Positions 1-8,339 of a stretch of 14,688 nt of DNA are shown piece by piece (the stretch's first letter is position 1; each line of letters opens with the position of its first letter). A program made the position numbers and the translations under genes. The notes under the pieces are model-generated. The model was not told the origin of the DNA. It saw only the letters and a program-made list of their open reading frames with translations, and did not search any database. Source of the stretch: Candidatus Hadarchaeales archaeon (GTDB taxonomy: Archaea; Hadarchaeota; Hadarchaeia; Hadarchaeales; Hadarchaeaceae). The stretch is from positions 1 through 14,688 of the forward strand of contig JAWCKV010000024.1 of the NCBI GenBank assembly GCA_038851565.1, read 5' to 3'.

Positions 1-423
1 TATGCTCCCGGCCGTGTGTCCCGGGGTGTGGAGGACCTGCAGCTTGAGCTCGCCAAGATCTATCACATCGCCGTCCTCCATCTCTCTAGAGACCTCAACG
101 GCCTTCATTCTCTCCCCGAAGAACAGCTCGGAAAGCGTGAAGTGAAAGTCACCGTCCCTAAGGTATTTCGCCTCAATCCTATGGATTGCCACCTCACAGC
201 CGAACTCCGTGACAAAATCATGGTCGGCCCCGGCGTGGTCATAATGGCAGTGGGTGTTTATGAGGAGGTCCAGGCCTCTTCCCGCCAGCTCCTTCCATAT
301 CTCCCTCCTTGTCTCATCGAAGTGTTCACCCGTGCCGGCGTCCACCAGGGCTGTTCTGGAGTCTATTATCAGGTAAATGTTGGAATCGAGATCCTCGCCG
401 CCGAGCCTGAGTACCCTGACCAT
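1..423 (-). CDS. MBL-fold metallo-hydrolase (glyoxalase II-like), 3' end truncated by the window edge
   Basis: Manual translation from ATG at 423: MVRVLRLGGEDLDSNIYLIIDSRTALVDAGTG...LLINTHCHYDHAGAD...LQVLHTPGHTAGSI. Has the HxHxDH, DxG and HTPGH motifs. The frame is open to position 1, so it is absent from the ORF track. Confidence 0.93.
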   Translation of the reverse strand, partial: MVRVLRLGGEDLDSNIYLIIDSRTALVDAGTGEHFDETRREIWKELAGRGLDLLINTHCHYDHAGADHDFVTEFGCEVAIHRIEAKYLRDGDFHFTLSELFFGERMKAVEVSREMEDGDVIDLGELKLQVLHTPGHTAGSI

Positions 424-437
424 GGCATCACGGTGAC

Positions 438-1400
438 CTATATTGACATTGAGTTCGCAAGCCTGTACAGGTCCATGTCTATTTTCTTTCTGTTGAGGAG
501 GGGATAGTTCAGGGAGCGTTCCACGATCTTCCCCCTCTCGATGCCCAGCATCTTCGCTCCCTTAAGTCTCTTTATCAGGCCCACGGCATGCGTGCCGAAG
601 AGCATCGCAAGCTTTATGCTTAAGGCGGTCGGGGCGCCTCCTCTCTGTATGTAGCCAAGCCTTGATACGCGCACCTCGTAGCCCGTGATGTCGGATATGT
701 GCTCCGCGATGGCATCGGGGCTCCCAGCGCCCTCCGCCATCACTATAATTATGCTGCTCTTTCCCGCCCTCCTCCACTCCCTGAGCCTTGAGACGATCTC
801 ATCAACGGTGTACTTCACCTCAGGGATGAGGATCATCTCCGCGCCGCAGGCGAGTCCGACCTCGAGGGCAAGAAACCCCCTAGTTCTCCCCATGACCTCA
901 ACCAGGAAAACCCTTTCATGCGAGAAAGCCGTGTCTCTTATCTTGTTTATCGCCTCCAGGGCCGTGTTCACCGCCGTGTCGAAGCCTATCGTCAGCTCGG
1001 TTCCCGCGATGTCGTTGTCTATGCTGGCAGGTATGCCCACGATGGGCAGCCTGCTCGCCCTGTGAAGGTCCCATCCCCCCCTGAAGGACCCCTCACCGCC
1101 TATTATGATCAGTCCACTCACCTTCCATCTCCTCAGGTTCGCGATCGCCTTCCGTATGCCCTCCTCCCTTCTTATCTCCTCGCACCTGCTCGTCCTGAGT
1201 ATCGTGCCTCCACGGTTTATTATCCCGCTGACCGACCTGGAGTTCATCCTTTTCATCTTTCCCTCTATCATCCCCTCGAAACCCTCCTCAATGCCCACGA
1301 CCTCCATTCCCTGGGCTACCGCGCCCCTCACGACTGCCCTTATGCAGGCGTTCATCCCGGGTGCATCTCCCCCGGTCGTTGCAACGGCTATCCTCCTCAT
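438..1400 (-). CDS. pfkA: ATP-dependent 6-phosphofructokinase, PfkA family
   Basis: Motifs GGDAPGMNA, GGTILRTSR, GGEGS, PASIDNDI, EVMGR, AEG, LGYIQRGG. The track starts at GTG 1424. ATG 1400 (MRRIAV) matches the usual N-terminus and lies about 27-34 bp below a TTAAATAA box. Confidence 0.95.
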   Translation of the reverse strand: MRRIAVATTGGDAPGMNACIRAVVRGAVAQGMEVVGIEEGFEGMIEGKMKRMNSRSVSGIINRGGTILRTSRCEEIRREEGIRKAIANLRRWKVSGLIIIGGEGSFRGGWDLHRASRLPIVGIPASIDNDIAGTELTIGFDTAVNTALEAINKIRDTAFSHERVFLVEVMGRTRGFLALEVGLACGAEMILIPEVKYTVDEIVSRLREWRRAGKSSIIIVMAEGAGSPDAIAEHISDITGYEVRVSRLGYIQRGGAPTALSIKLAMLFGTHAVGLIKRLKGAKMLGIERGKIVERSLNYPLLNRKKIDMDLYRLANSMSI

Positions 1401-1426
1401 TTTATCCACCTTACTCATCCCCACGG

Positions 1427-1434
1427 TTATTTAA
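1427..1434 (-). promoter_or_regulatory. putative archaeal TATA box for pfkA
   Basis: TTAAATAA on the minus strand in a GC-rich context, 27-34 bp upstream of ATG 1400. Confidence 0.45.
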
Positions 1435-1440
1435 CGCATT

Positions 1441-2532
1441 TCATGGCTCCAAGTTTGTCAGACCGGCCTTTTTCGCCAGCTCCAGCGCTTTTTCATACTC
1501 CCCAGGCGTGATCCTCCTGTTTATCTCCTCGTGTTCATTCGCCCTGTAACAGGGCCTGTACTGGTCCATGATGTTCACCCTGACATCTGTGCCCAGGTTT
1601 TCGGCAATCCACCTCAAAATCGGCCCGGTGCAGCAATCTACGTGCCCCGGCATCACGAGGTGCCTGATGATCATCTCCGCGTCCTCGCGGGCAAGCCTGT
1701 GGTTTCTTCCAACGACCTCCAGGTAATTTGGAACCTTTGAGTACTTCAGGGCGCATGAGTCCCGGAACCACTTGAAGTCCGTCAGGTATATGTCCTGAGT
1801 GCCGGACAGCAGGGCGGCGGTCTCCGTGCTGTAGTACATGTTTGAGTTCCACACTGAGCTGAGACTCACATCACACTCGTTGAGGGCCCCGAGTATGGTG
1901 GCCAGGTTTGGGTCCGGATTTCCCCCAACCCAGTTCACGTTTCTTGCGCCCTCATCTTTTGCGCGCTCGATCAGCCTGGCAATCTGGTCCGGGGATGCCT
2001 CAACTCCGGCGTCCGGAAACTGGCTTATATCCCAGTTCTGGCAGAACACGCAGGCGAAAGTGCACCCGGCGAAGAATATCGTGTACGAGGGCACGAGGAC
2101 CGCCTCCTCTCCATAGTGCATGAACTCGGAGGCTATCCTGGCCCTCTTTCCCACCCTGCAGAAACCCACCTCTCCAGAAAGCCTGTCGACCCCACACCTT
2201 CGCTCGCAGATGCGGCACGATCTCATGATCCTCCAGGCGAGCTCCACCTTCAGATCGAGAAGGGAGAAACGGGGAACGGGGAGTTCGTCCAGCCCAACCG
2301 TTCCCGAGTCCACCCTTCTGAGCAGAACTCTGAATCTCCTCATGCCCTCCTCATGCTCTCTCCACAGCGCCGAGTCCGGAGACGAGGGGCCTGCTCCCAC
2401 CTCCACCCTCTTGCACACGAGGAACCTAGCGGGCGCCCTCCCCTCAAGGACATCGAAGTACCTCCTCAGCGATGCCCTTGCCTTCCCGTCCCTGAGGGCC
2501 TCAACGGCGTCTGGCCTCAAAAATCCCCACAT
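1441..2532 (-). CDS. radical SAM protein, PflX / pyruvate-formate-lyase activating enzyme-like family
   Basis: CxxxCxxC (CTFACVFCQNWDISQ), an upstream CRICERRC motif, HYGEE, WNSNMY, YLTDFK, IIRHLVMPGH, NIMDQYRP. Start placed at ATG 2532 because the track start (2607) overlaps prs. Confidence 0.9.
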   Translation of the reverse strand: MWGFLRPDAVEALRDGKARASLRRYFDVLEGRAPARFLVCKRVEVGAGPSSPDSALWREHEEGMRRFRVLLRRVDSGTVGLDELPVPRFSLLDLKVELAWRIMRSCRICERRCGVDRLSGEVGFCRVGKRARIASEFMHYGEEAVLVPSYTIFFAGCTFACVFCQNWDISQFPDAGVEASPDQIARLIERAKDEGARNVNWVGGNPDPNLATILGALNECDVSLSSVWNSNMYYSTETAALLSGTQDIYLTDFKWFRDSCALKYSKVPNYLEVVGRNHRLAREDAEMIIRHLVMPGHVDCCTGPILRWIAENLGTDVRVNIMDQYRPCYRANEHEEINRRITPGEYEKALELAKKAGLTNLEP

Positions 2533-2579
2533 CAGATTACATTTTTTAACACGTGAAGGATAAATGATTGCGTGAGCCC
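2533..2579. promoter_or_regulatory. compact divergent promoter region (radical SAM gene / prs)
   Basis: 47-bp gap with TTTTTTAA (2542-2549, +) 31-38 bp upstream of ATG 2580 and ATTTATCC (2565-2558, -) 26-33 bp upstream of ATG 2532. Confidence 0.5.
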
Positions 2580-3449
2580 ATGGCGCTCGTGGTCGGAGGT
2601 TCGGCATCCCCCCTGCTTTCTCGGAGGCTCTCCAAACTGCTGGGATGCAGGCTGGTAAGGCCCGAGTTCAAGAAGTTTCCGGATGGAGAGATGTACATCA
2701 GAATAAGGGAGGGAATATCGGAGGGGGATGTCCTCCTCGTTCAGTCCACGGGAAAGGCGCAGAACGAGAACCTCGTTGAGCTCCTGCTCCTCACCGAACT
2801 TCTGAAGGACATGGGGGCCGGCCTCATCAGGGCTGTTGTGCCCTACATGGCATACGCCAGGCAGGACAGGAGGTTCAGGCCAGGCGAGGCCTTGAGCGCG
2901 AAGACCGTCTGCAGGCTGATCGAAAGCTCGGGGGCAGACGAGTTCATCACAGTAGACGTACACCATGAGGAGACCCTGAAACACTTCTCGATAAGGGCGA
3001 GAAACCTGACCGCGATGCGGGCGATAGGAGCGCATCTGAAAGGGCTCAGGCTGAAAAGGCCTTTGGTGCTTGGGGCAGACAGGGGGGCGGCTGAGAGGGC
3101 GAGGACGGTTGCGCTGGAGATTGGGGCAGACCATGATTTCGTGGAAAAAAAGCGCCTGTCACCGGACAGGGTGAAGGTGTCAACAGGCGGATTCGATGTC
3201 AGGGGCAGGGATGTTGTGATAGTTGACGACATAATAAGCACCGGAGGAACGATGGCGGAGTCCGCAAGGGCCCTCAGGAGGATGAAGGCAAGATCTGTCT
3301 GTGCTGCCTGCGCCCACGCCGTTCTCACCGGTAATGCGCTGGAGAGGATGAGATCTGCGGGAATAAGGAGGGTGATCGGCACAGACACAATAGAGTGCGA
3401 TGTGAGTGCGGTATCGGTAGCCCCTATTATACACGACGCACTGAGGTGA
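2580..3449 (+). CDS. prs: ribose-phosphate pyrophosphokinase (PRPP synthetase), archaeal type
   Basis: KFPDGE, PYMAYARQDRRF, GEALSA, TVDVH, and PRPP-binding loop VIVDDIISTGGT. ATG 2580 preferred over TTG 2568. Confidence 0.95.
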   Translation: MALVVGGSASPLLSRRLSKLLGCRLVRPEFKKFPDGEMYIRIREGISEGDVLLVQSTGKAQNENLVELLLLTELLKDMGAGLIRAVVPYMAYARQDRRFRPGEALSAKTVCRLIESSGADEFITVDVHHEETLKHFSIRARNLTAMRAIGAHLKGLRLKRPLVLGADRGAAERARTVALEIGADHDFVEKKRLSPDRVKVSTGGFDVRGRDVVIVDDIISTGGTMAESARALRRMKARSVCAACAHAVLTGNALERMRSAGIRRVIGTDTIECDVSAVSVAPIIHDALR

Positions 3450-4492
3450 TGGTCCTGACGAAAACGCTGATGTTCCTCCTCTCGGGGGAGCATCCAACGC
3501 TTCCTCTTGCAGAGGCGCAGGCGGCCATTCAGGCCGAGCACAAGTCCTTCAAGGTTGTGGAGGAGTACGACCAGGTTCTTCTAGCCGAGACCGGTGTGAG
3601 TCCGGAGGTGCTGGCCTCCAGGCTAGCCATGACCAGGGGAGTATACCACTACCTGTGCACGGTAGATGTCAATGACGACATTCTGGAGGCGGTAGGCAGC
3701 TCCGATATAGTCGACCTCGTGCCCCACGGAAAGACCTTTGCTGTGAAGATAACCCGGGTGAAAAACAGCGCGCCCCACATAGACACCGTTGACCTGGCGA
3801 GGAGAATCGCAGATATGATCGCGGAGGAGGTAGAGTACAGGGTGGACCTCACGGAGCCCCAGATAGAGCTGCTGGGAGTCCTTACAGGAGAGAGCTGCGT
3901 GTTCGGCATAAGCGAGGCAACTGTAAACAGGGGGGAATTCCTCAAGAGACGTCCTAGCGCCAGGCCGGTCTTCCACCCGAGCACGCTCCCGCCCATACTT
4001 GCCAGGTGCATGGTGAACCTTGCGAGGACCCCCCGGAGGGGCACTTTCATGGATCCGTTCTGCGGCGTGGGGGGGATACTGATCGAGGCCGGGCTGCTGG
4101 GGGCAAGGCTGATCGGCGTGGACGCAGAGGGCGAAATGGTGGAGGGGTGCAGGAAAAACCTTGAGGCATATGGAATAAGGGATTTTCAGCTCATGATAGG
4201 CGATGCCAGGAGACTCCCACCCGTCAGGGCAGACGCGATCGCAACCGACCCACCGTACGGCAGGCAGGCAACCACTATGGGCTCTGACCTCGCAGGGCTG
4301 TACAGGGATGCCATCCCCTCCATAGCCGAGGCCCTGAAGGAGAAAGGGTATCTATGCATAACCTCTCCTGCAGAGGTAAATCTTGAGGACATCGCACAGA
4401 GCGCAGGGCTAAGGCTGATAGAGTCCCACGAGCAGAGGGTTCACAGGAGCCTCACGAGGAGAATACAGACATTCAGGAGGAAGAAGGGGTGA
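3449..4492 (+). CDS. trmG10: tRNA (guanine(10)-N2)-(di)methyltransferase, THUMP + Rossmann MTase (TrmG10/Trm11 family)
   Basis: N-terminal LSGEHPTLP, THUMP region (FAVKI...RVDLTEP), RPVFHPSTLPP.LAR.MVNLA, DPFCGVGG and DPPYGR. The start overlaps the prs stop (TGATG at 3447-3451). Confidence 0.9.
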   Translation: MVLTKTLMFLLSGEHPTLPLAEAQAAIQAEHKSFKVVEEYDQVLLAETGVSPEVLASRLAMTRGVYHYLCTVDVNDDILEAVGSSDIVDLVPHGKTFAVKITRVKNSAPHIDTVDLARRIADMIAEEVEYRVDLTEPQIELLGVLTGESCVFGISEATVNRGEFLKRRPSARPVFHPSTLPPILARCMVNLARTPRRGTFMDPFCGVGGILIEAGLLGARLIGVDAEGEMVEGCRKNLEAYGIRDFQLMIGDARRLPPVRADAIATDPPYGRQATTMGSDLAGLYRDAIPSIAEALKEKGYLCITSPAEVNLEDIAQSAGLRLIESHEQRVHRSLTRRIQTFRRKKG

Positions 4493-5412
4493 GGGTGCTA
4501 TTTCTTGGAACGGGCGGAAGCCTGCCCACTCCCCAGAGGTCAATGCCCGCCATAGCCGTGAGGAGGGAGAACGAGCTCCTTCTCCTTGACTGCGGAGAGG
4601 GCGCTCAGGCGCAGATGAGCAGATGCGGGCTGAGCCCGCTGAGGGTGAGCGCGATATTTCTGACCCACCTGCATGGCGACCACTTTCTGGGGCTCGCCGG
4701 GCTGGTTCAGACGATGGCCCTGATGGGAAGAACGTCCCCACTTCAGGTTTACTGCCCAGCCGAGGACGAGGATAAGGTGTGGGAATACCTGAGGCTTCCA
4801 AGGTACACGCTGACGTTTGACGTGTCTGTTGAGGGGCTGAGGGCGGACAGGGAACTCAGGAGGGGAGGATACAGCATAAGGACGTGTGAGGTCATCCATC
4901 CCGTGCCTGCGGTGGCCTACTCGCTCGTGGAAAATGAGAGAAGGGGAAGGTTTTATCCAGAAAGGGCAATGTCGCTCGGGGTGATGCCCGGGCCCGATTT
5001 CTCGCGGCTTCAGAGGGGAGAAACGATAAAGGTCGGGGGACGATCGGTGAGCCCATCGGAGGTGATGGGACCGCCCAGGCCTGGCAGAAAAATCGTGTAC
5101 ACCGGTGACACGAGGCCGAGCGAAAAAATAGCAGAGTTCGCACGGAATGCCGATCTGCTGGTTCACGATTCAACTTTCTCCGCTGACATGAGGGACAAGG
5201 CAGAGGAGAGCTCTCACTCCACAACGGAGGAGGCAGCGGAGATCGCAAGAAGGGCGGGAGTGAGGCTGCTCGCGCTGTTTCACATCAGCCCCAGATATCC
5301 AGATGCATCAGTGCTGCTCGAAGAGGCCAGGAGAATATTTCCAGAGACCATCCTCCCAGAGGACCTGAGCTCGATCGATATACCGCTGAGGGAAAATGAG
5401 GGGCTCAGCTGA
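4489..5412 (+). CDS. rnz: ribonuclease Z (tRNA 3' endonuclease)
   Basis: FLGTGG, DCGEG, THLHGDH, flexible arm (PGP...LQRGE), YTGDT, HDSTF, HST, HISPRY. GTGA overlap with trmG10. Confidence 0.96.
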   Translation: MRVLFLGTGGSLPTPQRSMPAIAVRRENELLLLDCGEGAQAQMSRCGLSPLRVSAIFLTHLHGDHFLGLAGLVQTMALMGRTSPLQVYCPAEDEDKVWEYLRLPRYTLTFDVSVEGLRADRELRRGGYSIRTCEVIHPVPAVAYSLVENERRGRFYPERAMSLGVMPGPDFSRLQRGETIKVGGRSVSPSEVMGPPRPGRKIVYTGDTRPSEKIAEFARNADLLVHDSTFSADMRDKAEESSHSTTEEAAEIARRAGVRLLALFHISPRYPDASVLLEEARRIFPETILPEDLSSIDIPLRENEGLS

Positions 5413-5468
5413 AAAGTTAAGCTCATCAGGTCGCCTAACCCTCTTTTCTTCATCGCCCGGTTAACCCT

Positions 5469-6008
5469 CTATCGCTCTAGCTTTTCTTGATTTTGGTTTT
5501 TCCGCCTGGCCTCTTTCAGCCTCGCGGTATAGTTCTCTGTGTCCTCCTTCACCCAGTCCAAAACCCTGAACCGCACTATTCTCCCTTCCGGGTTCATCGT
5601 GACGACCTCCCTTATCCCTGCGTTTATTATCGCACGCCTGCACCTGTCGCACGGCCTGCCCTCGATCGGCCTGCCATCGCCGAACTCCTGTCCGTAGAGA
5701 TACAAGGTGCCCCCCAGCACGCTCGCCCCGTGCCTGGCCGCGTTTATTATGCAGTTTTCCTCGCCGTGAACTGCATCGCAGCTGTCGTACCCCGAGTAAT
5801 GGGGCAGGCCCAGTTCATCCTTAAGGCATCCTGCATCCATGCAATTCACCACTCCCCTTGCAGGGCCATTGTATCCCGTTGATACCACCACGTCGTCCTT
5901 GACCACAATGGCACCGAACTGGCGCCTTATACATGGCGACCTCTGACATACCGCCCTCGCAATTCCAAGATAGTACTCATCCTTGCTTGGCCTCGTCCTC
6001 TTCCGCAT
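5469..6008 (-). CDS. dCMP deaminase / ComEB-family Zn deaminase
   Basis: RPSKDEYYL.IA..V..RS.C.RRQFGA, GYNG, HGEEN and PCDRC zinc motifs. Start at ATG 6008 (MRKRTRPS), since the track start overlaps nfnB. Confidence 0.9.
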   Translation of the reverse strand: MRKRTRPSKDEYYLGIARAVCQRSPCIRRQFGAIVVKDDVVVSTGYNGPARGVVNCMDAGCLKDELGLPHYSGYDSCDAVHGEENCIINAARHGASVLGGTLYLYGQEFGDGRPIEGRPCDRCRRAIINAGIREVVTMNPEGRIVRFRVLDWVKEDTENYTARLKEARRKNQNQEKLER

Positions 6009-6034
6009 GTGACCATATGAGTGTCGTGCGCCGT

Positions 6035-6049
6035 CTAAAAATGTTTGCC
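6035..6049 (-). promoter_or_regulatory. putative BRE/TATA for the deaminase gene
   Basis: Minus strand GGCAAACA-TTTTTAG; the T-rich box is 27-33 bp upstream of ATG 6008. Confidence 0.4.
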
Positions 6050-6054
6050 GGAGA

Positions 6055-7434
6055 TCACCTTCCCATAAGATAGCGGTCGATGTGCCGCGCTGCCCTCTTT
6101 CCGTCACCTATTGCGGATATCACGGTCGCAGAGCCCCTTACTATGTCTCCTCCTGCGAAAACCCCCTCCCTTGACGTGGCGCAGGTTTCCGCGTTCACCT
6201 CTATGTAACCCCACCTGTTTGTTCGAATTCCACTTGCACCGCTGAGAGCAAGGGGGTTTGCCCTCGTTCCTATTGCGACTATCACAGTGTCCGCGTTCAA
6301 GAAGAAGTTTGACCCCTCGATCGGTACAGGGGAGGGGCGCCCGTCCTCGTCAGGCTCACCGAGCCTCATCCTCATGCACTCCATGCCCCTCACGCTGCCG
6401 TCATTCCTCCCGACTATTCTGACAGGGAGCGTGAGAAACAAAAACCTCACCCCCTCCTCCTCCGCGTTTATTATCTCCTCTGCGCGCGCTGGGGATTCCG
6501 CCCTCGTCCTTCTGTACACCACAGTGACCTCTCTTGCGCCCAACCTGACCGCTGTCCTTGCGGCATCCATCGCCACGTTTCCCGCGCCTATGACCGCCAC
6601 CCTATCGCCCACCCTGATGGGGGTGTCGTATCTCGGAAACATGTATGCCTTCATCAGGTTCGACCTGGTGAGGAACTCATTCGCAGAGTAAACATCGTTC
6701 AGATTTTCCCCCGGTATCCCCATGAACTCCGGGGCGCCCGCACCGTTTGCGAGGAATACCGCATCGAATTCCGACAGGAGCTCGTCCACAGTCTTCGTCC
6801 GCCCCACTACAAAATCGCACGATATCCTGGCGCCCATCTCCTTCAAGGCGTTTATCTCGTGCAGGACTACCTCCTTGGGCAGCCTGAACTCCGGTATTCC
6901 ATACATCAGTACGCCGCCGGGCAGGTGAAGCGCCTCGAATATTGTCACATCGTGCCCCCTCCTGAGGAGGTCTGCTGCGCAGGTTATCCCCGCTGGGCCG
7001 GAGCCCACCACCGCAACGCTTTTGCCAGAGAATGCCCCCGAATTGCCCGTTTTTCCGCCCGCTTCCCTTGCCCTCTCAGCGACAAATCTCTCGAGAGCAC
7101 CTATCTGAATCGGTTTTCCGCTTGCCGCCAGCGTGCAATGCCTCTGGCACTGCTCCTCCTGGGGGCAAACCCTCCCACAGACTGCGGGAAGGCTGTTCGT
7201 GCGCTTTATCAGCTCACACGCTCCCCGAAAATCCCCTTCTGTGACCTTCCCGATGAAACCAGGTATATCCACCTCAGCGGGGCACCCGCTGACGCATGGC
7301 CTGTGCCTGCACTGGAGACACCTGCCAGCCTCCTCCACTGCCTGTTCTTCGGAATAGCCAAGGGACACCTCGCCGAAATCGCCTATCCTCTCCTGCGGCG
7401 GCCTCTTCGGAACGGGCACCGGCACTGTTTTCAT
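6055..7434 (-). CDS. nfnB: electron-bifurcating transhydrogenase large subunit NfnB/SudA (GltD-like)
   Basis: RCLQC...CVSGCP and CGRVCPQEEQC...C...ALERF Fe-S motifs, GSGPAG (FAD), YGIPEFRLP, GAGNVAMD and YRR (NADP), FAGGD. Directly downstream of nfnA. Start ATG 7434 after GAGAGG. Confidence 0.9.
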   Translation of the reverse strand: MKTVPVPVPKRPPQERIGDFGEVSLGYSEEQAVEEAGRCLQCRHRPCVSGCPAEVDIPGFIGKVTEGDFRGACELIKRTNSLPAVCGRVCPQEEQCQRHCTLAASGKPIQIGALERFVAERAREAGGKTGNSGAFSGKSVAVVGSGPAGITCAADLLRRGHDVTIFEALHLPGGVLMYGIPEFRLPKEVVLHEINALKEMGARISCDFVVGRTKTVDELLSEFDAVFLANGAGAPEFMGIPGENLNDVYSANEFLTRSNLMKAYMFPRYDTPIRVGDRVAVIGAGNVAMDAARTAVRLGAREVTVVYRRTRAESPARAEEIINAEEEGVRFLFLTLPVRIVGRNDGSVRGMECMRMRLGEPDEDGRPSPVPIEGSNFFLNADTVIVAIGTRANPLALSGASGIRTNRWGYIEVNAETCATSREGVFAGGDIVRGSATVISAIGDGKRAARHIDRYLMGR

Positions 7435-7438
7435 CCTC

Positions 7439-8272
7439 TCACGCGCCCCCTCCGCAACTGCGGCTTCCAATCTCCATCGACGTGCTCTCCTGCGCTGAGT
7501 ACCTCCGGAGCCGCGCAATGAATTCATCCCAGTCCACCTCGTGCCCGCTGAACTCCGGACCGTCAACGCACGTGAACCTCGTCTTTCCGCCAACCGTCAC
7601 CCTGCAGCTGCCGCACATCCCGGTGCCGTCCACCATTATGGCGTTGAGGCTGACCACTGTTTCTATTCCCCTTGTCCTCGTGAGCTCCGAGACCGCCCTC
7701 ATCATGGGGGCAGGACCTATCGCCCAGACCCTTCCTATTTCCTCCTCCTGCAGAAGGTCTGACAGCGCATCAGTTACCAGCCCTTTCCTGCCATATGTCC
7801 CATCATCGGTGGTTATGATCACCCTATCGGACACCTCCCTCATCTCCCTCTCCAGTATGAGCAGCTCCCTCGTCCTTGCGCCCAAGACTGATATCACGAA
7901 GTTTCCCGCGCCCTTCAGCGCCCTTGCTATTGGGTAACAGGAGGCTATGCCCACGCCTCCCCCCACCACAGCGACCTTCCCGTATGCTCCTACCTCGGAC
8001 GGGTTGCCTAGAGGACCGATCAGTGAGTAAAGTTGTTCGCCCGCCCCGATCATCGCGAGCTTTGATGTGCTCCTCCCTATCACTTCGAATATCACCTTTA
8101 TCGTGGATTCGGTCCAGTCAAACAGCGTGAGGGGGATCCTCTCCCCCTTCTCGTCTGTCATGAGGATGATGAACTGCCCCTGCCTTGCCCTCCCAGCGAT
8201 CTGCGGGGCCAATATCTCCATAAGGCGTGTGCCAGGGGCGATCTCGGAGTTTTTCAGCACTTCATGTCTCAT
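7439..8272 (-). CDS. nfnA: electron-bifurcating transhydrogenase small subunit NfnA/SudB (FAD/NAD-binding, 2Fe-2S)
   Basis: GQFIIL, GERIPLT, GPLG, GGGVG, MVDGTGMCGSCRV...CVDGPEF (Asp/Cys 2Fe-2S ligand set typical of NfnA). Confidence 0.9.
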   Translation of the reverse strand: MRHEVLKNSEIAPGTRLMEILAPQIAGRARQGQFIILMTDEKGERIPLTLFDWTESTIKVIFEVIGRSTSKLAMIGAGEQLYSLIGPLGNPSEVGAYGKVAVVGGGVGIASCYPIARALKGAGNFVISVLGARTRELLILEREMREVSDRVIITTDDGTYGRKGLVTDALSDLLQEEEIGRVWAIGPAPMMRAVSELTRTRGIETVVSLNAIMVDGTGMCGSCRVTVGGKTRFTCVDGPEFSGHEVDWDEFIARLRRYSAQESTSMEIGSRSCGGGA

Positions 8273-8339
8273 GATGCATCAGAAGATTACGATGGATGAA
8301 GATATATGGGAAGAGGTTCTCATGGCAGGCCAGTTCTTA

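Noticed and set aside
16..507. 163-aa plus-strand ORF in the track
   Set aside because: It is the antisense shadow of the minus-strand MBL hydrolase, which has clear catalytic motifs.
5413..5471. TAACCCTCT direct repeat and an open frame beyond the deaminase TAG (possible readthrough)
   Set aside because: Only two 9-bp copies. The deaminase domain is already complete and the extension just runs antisense into rnz, so there is no support for recoding.
8273..8339. Possible SurR-type redox operator upstream of nfnA
   Set aside because: No GTT-N3-AAC motif is present; only two GTTCT pentamers and an 8-bp palindrome, which is chance level.
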